64,000 nucleotides of DNA from Bdellovibrionales bacterium (GTDB taxonomy: Bacteria; Bdellovibrionota; Bdellovibrionia; Bdellovibrionales; CAYMLA01). The stretch lies in the NCBI GenBank assembly GCA_965217115.1, contig OZ244239.1, positions 928,001 through 992,000 on the forward strand. The letters are read 5' to 3'. Positions 57,979 to 64,000 of the stretch are shown one piece after another. Both the position numbers and the translations under genes were made by a program. How positions within the stretch are numbered: the stretch's first letter is position 1; every line of letters starts with the position of its first letter. The notes under the pieces were generated by a model, which was not told the origin of the DNA, made no database searches, and saw nothing but the letters and a program-made list of their open reading frames with translations.

Positions 57979-58686
57979 GTGGAAAAAAAACAACCCTCTA
58001 AAAGAAGAAAATCTCAAACTGATTCTTTTGTTAAATTGATTCTTATTTTTTTCATCTCTCTACTTTCCTTCTCCGTAGGAACTTTTGTTGGTAAAGAGTT
58101 CTCAGACAATCAATATGAACTCTCTAAATTAAAGAACACTGCTAAGCTTAATACTGCTTCAACCACGATGAAAGCTGACTCTAAGACCAATATAGGTTCA
58201 AGTAATCTTCTAACAGATGAAGACATAGAGAAATTGGCTGAAGAGTTTATCTCAGATAAAAAACCCACTTCCATTCAAGAAGATAACCCACTTAAGAAAA
58301 AGCTCTCCCCCACAACAAACACATCACAAGAAATAACATCAGAAAAAAAATCTGCCTCTAAGACTCCTATCGCTAAAAAGAATGCTTCCCATAAAATCCA
58401 AAGACTACCATCAAACTTACCCTCTGCCGTAGCAACTAGTCCCATTAATAAATACACCATACAAGTCGCTTCATACTTATCAGAAGAAGAAGCCAAGCAT
58501 GAGGTCTCTAAATTAAAAAACAATGGTTTTAGTGCTTTCTATGTTTCTGCTAAAATTAAAAACAGCACATGGTTTCGCGTTAGTGTCGGTTTATTTGAAA
58601 AACGCAAGGAAGCTATTTCTTATCGTAAAAAACTAATGAAACAAGCTAAAATTAATTCAGCTATTGTACAAAAAATCCTACGATAA
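57979..58686 (+). CDS. SPOR-domain membrane protein (FtsN/DedD-like)
   Basis: TM helix, low-complexity linker, YTIQVASY...WFRVSVGLF; SD aaggag before GTG at 57979. Confidence 0.88.
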   Translation: MEKKQPSKRRKSQTDSFVKLILIFFISLLSFSVGTFVGKEFSDNQYELSKLKNTAKLNTASTTMKADSKTNIGSSNLLTDEDIEKLAEEFISDKKPTSIQEDNPLKKKLSPTTNTSQEITSEKKSASKTPIAKKNASHKIQRLPSNLPSAVATSPINKYTIQVASYLSEEEAKHEVSKLKNNGFSAFYVSAKIKNSTWFRVSVGLFEKRKEAISYRKKLMKQAKINSAIVQKILR

Positions 58687-58711
58687 TTGCTTTAATTTGA
58701 ACGGTATTAAA

Positions 58712-59368
58712 TTATTTTTTTATGGCAATCGTCATCCCTTCATAGGTCGGTAGTAAAATAGACTCAAATTTATCTGAATTCGCTAAACGCTGATTAAATT
58801 CTCTCATCGTCTTTATCGTCTTCTGGCTTATTTTAGAATCTCTAGGTTTTCCATAAACTGCTCCGAAGAGAAACGTATTATCTCCAACAATCAAACCGCC
58901 TTCACGTACATTTTTTTCAGCCCAATCTAGATAAAGGCCATACCCACCCTTATTCGCATCAATAAAAACCATATCAAAAGGACCTTTTTTTGAAAGTTTC
59001 TGTAAACTCTCAGAAGCATCTCCAGAGAGAACCTCTATGCTGTTAGCGCACTCACTTTTGTTTAAAAAAGACTTTGCTTGTTCGGCCCTTTTCTCATCTT
59101 TCTCCAGCGTGTAAATCTTGCCTTTCAAAGGTAGGGCTCTGGCCATCCACAATGCTGAATATCCAAGAAAAGTACCAATCTCTACAACACTTTTTACCTC
59201 CCTTAGCTTAATCAACATATGAAGTGTCTTTGCCTCCACTGGATTCAAGCTCATTCCCCCTAAAGTTTGCGCTTCTGCTTCCTGTTGAATCTCTCTCAAT
59301 AAAGAGTCCTCTTGACTAAAAAGAGATTTCACATAGTCAAAAGCCTCAGATTTAGCATCTTCTCTCAT
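58712..59368 (-). CDS. SAM-dependent O-methyltransferase (Methyltransf_3 family)
   Basis: VEIGTFLGYS, FDMVFIDANK, GGLIVGDN. Confidence 0.92.
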   Translation of the reverse strand: MREDAKSEAFDYVKSLFSQEDSLLREIQQEAEAQTLGGMSLNPVEAKTLHMLIKLREVKSVVEIGTFLGYSALWMARALPLKGKIYTLEKDEKRAEQAKSFLNKSECANSIEVLSGDASESLQKLSKKGPFDMVFIDANKGGYGLYLDWAEKNVREGGLIVGDNTFLFGAVYGKPRDSKISQKTIKTMREFNQRLANSDKFESILLPTYEGMTIAIKK

Positions 59369-59444
59369 ATTTACCTCGTATTTGACCTCGGTTAAAAACC
59401 TCTATACTCTAGCATAGTTTTAGTCCATTTATCAGGGGTTACTC

Positions 59445-60113
59445 ATCAAAAAAAAACTTCTTATCTTTGATCTTGATGGAACTCTTGTAAACTCGGCAGA
59501 AGATGTTACTTTGGCCGCCAATATCGTTCTAAATAAATATGGGAAAAAAAATCTTGATATTACAGAAATAACATCCCACATGGGAACAGGTCCTGGAAAA
59601 TTAGTTCTCGATTTGTTTCCTGAACTTAAAAACTCAGACTCTTCTAAAAAGAAACAAATCATCCATGAATATTTACAAGCCTATCATGACAATATGACAA
59701 AAAATACCACAGTTTATCCTGGAGTTTTCGATTTTCTCGATCAATGGCAAGGACAACTTGCACTCGTTACCAATAAACCAGAGTTTTTAGCAAAACCACT
59801 TATGGAAAAATTCGGATTTAATAAATACTCTTGGGTCACACAAATAGGGGGTGATTCTTTATCTGAAAAAAAGCCTCACCCCTTGCCATTAATAAAATCT
59901 ATGGAAACCGCAGGTGTTAACAATCAACAGACCGTTATGATCGGTGATGGTTTTCCAGATGTCGAAGCTGCGCAAAATGCAAATATCCCCTGTATTGCTG
60001 TTTCCTATGGCTATTCACCAGTAAATGAACTCCTTACCGCAGGAGCCTATACGTCTATTAATTCTATTTTTGAACTTTCAAATGTCTTGAGTAATCTTTT
60101 TAAACTGGACTGA
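59445..60113 (+). CDS. HAD-superfamily phosphatase (phosphoglycolate phosphatase-like), apparently starting at ATC
   Basis: The in-frame extension upstream of the track's TTG (59511) carries motif I: IKKKLLIFDLDGTLVNS. Also VTNK, KPHP, MIGD...D. In-frame stop at 59421. Confidence 0.85.
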   Translation: MKKKLLIFDLDGTLVNSAEDVTLAANIVLNKYGKKNLDITEITSHMGTGPGKLVLDLFPELKNSDSSKKKQIIHEYLQAYHDNMTKNTTVYPGVFDFLDQWQGQLALVTNKPEFLAKPLMEKFGFNKYSWVTQIGGDSLSEKKPHPLPLIKSMETAGVNNQQTVMIGDGFPDVEAAQNANIPCIAVSYGYSPVNELLTAGAYTSINSIFELSNVLSNLFKLD

Positions 60114-60118
60114 CTACC

Positions 60119-61819
60119 ATGCCTCTTCTGCAAATAGACCAATTAACCGTAGATTTTCAAACAAATGAAGGATCTATAAGTGCTGTTAAAAACATATCTT
60201 TTGATATTTCCAAAGGAAAAATAATGGGGCTTGTCGGCGAGTCAGGATCTGGAAAAAGCGTCACTTCCTTATCTATTATGAATTTAATTCCTAACCCTCC
60301 AGGGAAAATATCTCACGGACGTATTCTATTTGAAGGCAATGATCTAGCCAAATACTCTGAGAAAAAAATGCGTCAAATTCGCGGAAAAGAAATTGCAATG
60401 ATTTTTCAAGAGCCTATGACAAGCCTTAATCCTGTTTATACTGTAGGGGATCAAATAGCAGAAGTTCTCACCCTTCACGAAGGAATCTCACATAAACAGG
60501 CCTGGAAAAAAAGTCTCTCACTCCTCGAACAGGTCGGAATTCCTGAACCTCATAAGAAAATTAATTCCTATCCCCATGAACTCAGCGGAGGACAGAGACA
60601 AAGAGTTATGATTGCCATTGCTGTTGCCTGTGAGCCAAAGCTTCTTATTGCCGATGAGCCAACAACAGCTCTGGATGTCACTATTCAAAAACAAATCTTA
60701 GAATTAATAAAAACTTTACAAAAAAAATATGGCATGAGTGTCCTTTTCATTACTCATGATTTATCTGTTGTTGCTGAAATTGCCGATGATGTTGTCGTTA
60801 TGTACCAAGGAAATATTGTCGAAAAGAACTCTTGCAAAGATCTCTTTTTAAAACCTCAACACCCATATACTAAGAGCCTTTTATCCTGTCGCCCTTCATT
60901 AGAGGAAAACCCTAAAAGACTACCCGTTATTAGTGATTTTATGAATGACGATGGTAGTGAAAAACACCACGCTCATTTAAAAAACCAAGAACAACGAGTT
61001 TACAGGCCTATCGACGAACTTAAAAATCCACTTATATTAGAAGTTGCCTCTTTAAAGAAGAATTACACCCAAGAAATTAACTTCTGGGGTCAAGCACGAT
61101 CTATCTCCAAAGCTGTCGATTCCGTTAGCTTAAAAGTTTATAAAGGGAGAACTCTTGGTCTTGTTGGTGAATCTGGTTGTGGAAAAACGACTCTGGGAAG
61201 AACGATTCTAAGGCTTATCGAGCCTAGTGGTGGTGATGTCGTCTATAACGGTAAAAATATTTTCTCTCTCAACGAAAAAGATATGTGTCACATGAGAAAA
61301 AAAATACAAATCATATTTCAAGATCCATATGCTTCTTTAAATCCACGAATGAAAGTTGGTAACTCCATTATTGAACCAATGCTTGTTCATAACATAGGTA
61401 AAAATAAAAATGAACGTCGAAAAATAGCTGAAGATTTAATTATCAAATGCGGACTTGAGAAAAAACACCTGGATCGCTACCCCCATGAATTCTCTGGTGG
61501 GCAAAGACAACGTGTGTGTATCGCTCGCACCTTAGCCGTACAACCTGAGTTTATCATCTGTGACGAAGCTGTCTCAGCCCTAGATGTCTCTGTACAGGCC
61601 CAAATCCTTAATCTTCTCTTAGACTTACAAGAAGAATTTGGCTTAACTTATATTTTTATTTCCCATGACTTAGCTGTAGTAAAATTCTTTGCCGACGAGC
61701 TTGCTGTAATGAATAATGGGAGGATTGTCGAGTATGCCAGCTCTGAAGAAATCTATCGATCTCCTAAAAATGATTACACAAAAAAACTTCTAACCTCTAT
61801 TCCTAAAGGTATTCTATGA
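60119..61819 (+). CDS. Peptide ABC transporter ATP-binding protein with duplicated ATPase domains
   Basis: GESGSGKS / [20 protein letters not shown] / [20 protein letters not shown] / DEAVSALD. Confidence 0.95.
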   Translation: MPLLQIDQLTVDFQTNEGSISAVKNISFDISKGKIMGLVGESGSGKSVTSLSIMNLIPNPPGKISHGRILFEGNDLAKYSEKKMRQIRGKEIAMIFQEPMTSLNPVYTVGDQIAEVLTLHEGISHKQAWKKSLSLLEQVGIPEPHKKINSYPHELSGGQRQRVMIAIAVACEPKLLIADEPTTALDVTIQKQILELIKTLQKKYGMSVLFITHDLSVVAEIADDVVVMYQGNIVEKNSCKDLFLKPQHPYTKSLLSCRPSLEENPKRLPVISDFMNDDGSEKHHAHLKNQEQRVYRPIDELKNPLILEVASLKKNYTQEINFWGQARSISKAVDSVSLKVYKGRTLGLVGESGCGKTTLGRTILRLIEPSGGDVVYNGKNIFSLNEKDMCHMRKKIQIIFQDPYASLNPRMKVGNSIIEPMLVHNIGKNKNERRKIAEDLIIKCGLEKKHLDRYPHEFSGGQRQRVCIARTLAVQPEFIICDEAVSALDVSVQAQILNLLLDLQEEFGLTYIFISHDLAVVKFFADELAVMNNGRIVEYASSEEIYRSPKNDYTKKLLTSIPKGIL

Positions 61820-62749
61820 AAGCTCTTGGGACTCAAGCCAACGTTCAGCGTCTATAGCCGCCATACAGCCTGTTCCTGCTGCAGTGATGGCTTGTCTATA
61901 AATATGATCCTGCACGTCTCCACAGGCAAAAACTCCGTCAATATTAGTATAGGAAGAGTCTGCCTGTGTCTTGAGATAACCTGTTTTTTCCATATCTAGC
62001 TGACCACTGAATAAATCTGTATTAGGCCTATGTCCTATGGCAATAAAAAGTCCTTCCATCGGCACATCAGACTCATCACCTGTTTTCGTGTCTTTTAATT
62101 TAACTCCTTTCATTAATTCATCACCATAAACTTCAGAGACTCCCTTATTCCAAAGAATTTCAATCTTTTCATGCTTTATCACTCGATCGGCCATGATCTT
62201 AGAAGCCCTAAAATGATCACGTCGATGTATGACTATGACCTTAGAAGCAAATCGAGTTAAAAATAAAGCCTCCTCCATTGCTGTGTCACCACCACCTACG
62301 ATACCAACAACCATATTTTTAAAAAAAGCACCATCACACGTTGCACAAGCAGAAACTCCTTTACCCATAAAGGCCTTTTCAGAATCTAACTCAAGAAATT
62401 TAGCCGAGGCCCCTGTAGAAACTATTACTGTCTTTCCTTCATATAATTTATCTCCAACCCACACCTTAAGAGGATGTTGAGAAAAATCTACTTTAGTTAC
62501 ATTTTTAGTAACAAAGCGCGTTCCAAATCTCTCTGCCTGTTGACGAATCACATCAATTAACTCTGGTCCAGTCACTCCCTTAGGAAAACCAGGGAAATTT
62601 TCAACATCTGTTGTGATCATTAACTGTCCGCCCGCTTCTTCCCCTTCAAACATTATTGGATTTAGATTTGCGCGAGCTGCATATATTGCAGCTGTTAAGC
62701 CAGCAGGCCCTGAACCAATAATTATCACACTCTCCACAGTTTTTTCCAT
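61814..62749 (-). CDS. trxB: Thioredoxin reductase
   Basis: IIGSGPAG, GGQL, CATCDG, GGGDTA, HRRD, RQAITAAG; ATG at 62749. Confidence 0.98.
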   Translation of the reverse strand: MEKTVESVIIIGSGPAGLTAAIYAARANLNPIMFEGEEAGGQLMITTDVENFPGFPKGVTGPELIDVIRQQAERFGTRFVTKNVTKVDFSQHPLKVWVGDKLYEGKTVIVSTGASAKFLELDSEKAFMGKGVSACATCDGAFFKNMVVGIVGGGDTAMEEALFLTRFASKVIVIHRRDHFRASKIMADRVIKHEKIEILWNKGVSEVYGDELMKGVKLKDTKTGDESDVPMEGLFIAIGHRPNTDLFSGQLDMEKTGYLKTQADSSYTNIDGVFACGDVQDHIYRQAITAAGTGCMAAIDAERWLESQELS

Positions 62750-62851
62750 TATCAAAACCCCTTATTAGAAAATCTGCCCTCACCTATTTCGTTCAAAAAA
62801 TATAATTCAGTAAAAAGCAAAAGTCATGTTTATTAAAAAATTCAGAAGTAT

Positions 62852-63550
62852 TTACTCAGTGAAGTGCATAAACGCTTTGTCTTCCCTACAAGACACCTCT
62901 AGCCAATTATATAATCTCTCACCCACTTCAGACGGAGGCTGTACCAACCCTTCTTTTTGACGAGGCCAAGCAGATGCTGGCAGCATTTTTGTATCCATAT
63001 AAGATGGGCTAAAAAGACGTAACAGACAGTTTCTCTCTATATTTTCACCACCAATAGAACTTAAAAGCCCCTTCATTGCATGTTTTGCTGCCGCATAACT
63101 AGACGCCATTGGATCAGGAGAGCTCTCCGCCACTGATGAACCAATATACGTAAATAAATGATTTTCTCTTCCATGTAAGAGAAAATAAAGCAATTTTGAT
63201 GGGAAAATAAAGTTCACTTCATAGGCCCATCGATGGGAGCTCCATTTCTTTGTTTCAAACTTCCCATGTGGGCCTCCTCCTGCAAAGTATAAGACTCCCA
63301 AAGAGGGGACCGTCGATAGCACCTCAATTAACTTCTCTTGATCCTCATGAGAACTAAAATCAGCCCCTACAGTCTTAACTTTGTTATTCTTGATTTTCTT
63401 TGCAAGTTCAGATAGACGATCTTCTTTACGAGAAACTAGATAAAATGTCTTTCCCTGAACTTTTTGATCCCAAAGTAAGACAGAGACTCTACCAAAACCT
63501 CGACTGCTTCCTAAAAAAAACCAATTTTCAATTTTTTCTATATTTTTCAT
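62852..63550 (-). CDS. Short-chain dehydrogenase/reductase
   Basis: GSSRGFG, IGSS, YAAAK. Confidence 0.82.
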   Translation of the reverse strand: MKNIEKIENWFFLGSSRGFGRVSVLLWDQKVQGKTFYLVSRKEDRLSELAKKIKNNKVKTVGADFSSHEDQEKLIEVLSTVPSLGVLYFAGGGPHGKFETKKWSSHRWAYEVNFIFPSKLLYFLLHGRENHLFTYIGSSVAESSPDPMASSYAAAKHAMKGLLSSIGGENIERNCLLRLFSPSYMDTKMLPASAWPRQKEGLVQPPSEVGERLYNWLEVSCREDKAFMHFTE

Positions 63551-63637
63551 TTTTAATAACTACCTGCTCTTCAAAGGTCTTCATTTAAGACGATAGATCA
63601 ACATCCCTAGTTTCACTTGCTTTCTATAAAGAAGAAA

Positions 63638-63934
63638 GTGATAAAACACCGTATGATCTCTTTTATTAAAAAGAAAAACCCTATTCATAATCAAAAAGAC
63701 AACACTCTTATGGATATCCTCAACGAGAATAACGTTCCTGTTGCCAGTTCTTGTGGTGGAGAAGGGGTTTGTGCCAAATGTCTTATTACAATTCATCAAG
63801 GGTGGGAAAATCTCTCTCCTCTCTGTCAACGTGAACTCTCTTTACGTCAACAGCATTCATTCCCAGAAAATACACGAGTTAGTTGCCAAACATATCTCAC
63901 TGGAGATGTCACAATTGACGCTGATTACTGGTAA
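63638..63934 (+). CDS. 2Fe-2S ferredoxin
   Basis: CGGEGVCAKC...RVSCQ. The start is uncertain (GTG 63638 or ATG 63653). Confidence 0.9.
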   Translation: MIKHRMISFIKKKNPIHNQKDNTLMDILNENNVPVASSCGGEGVCAKCLITIHQGWENLSPLCQRELSLRQQHSFPENTRVSCQTYLTGDVTIDADYW

Positions 63935-64000
63935 TTGGACGAATCTAATGCTCATCTGAAAAAAAACATGTAAAAATTGCAAATGCTTCCATCTTTAAAG

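Noticed and set aside
2480..63959. Remaining short ORFs in the track that overlap recognised genes
   Set aside because: They are antisense or off-frame shadows without motifs or ribosome-binding sites.

Overview
An AT-rich stretch of bacterial chromosome. Gene content and order suggest a Bdellovibrionota (Bdellovibrio-like) organism; this is inferred from memory of homologs, not from a search. Most genes are on the minus strand, which looks G-rich. Core content includes gcvP, rsmI, yhaM, an operon of His-kinase-like gene-alr-mlaEFD-purH-TPR, nadB, a dcw cluster (rsmH to ftsZ, then lpxH; no mraZ or ddl), hpt, folD, a small Flp/Tad pilin cluster, aspS, an RpoH-like sigma, fliO/flhF/flhG/fliA, a SPOR protein, an ABC ATPase, trxB and a ferredoxin. 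No rRNA, tRNA, CRISPR array, transposase or integrase was seen. Main unusual items: (1) a tandem array of four ~390-aa exported paralogs, each with a near-identical N-terminal half, an internal signal-peptidase-like motif (SVFLSLIxPKAHA), a hypervariable hydrophobic segment and a C..CC..C scaffold with variable loops; the copies are mosaics, and an orphan C-terminal fragment of the same type lies between murD and ftsW; (2) a hollowed-out flagellar operon in which fliPQR-flhB-flhA are gone except for a 25-codon flhA remnant, while fliO, flhF, fliA and a motif-degenerate flhG remain; (3) a phospholipid-scramblase-family gene between murF and mraY; (4) a candidate structured RNA leader upstream of aspS; (5) apparent ATC/ATT start codons.
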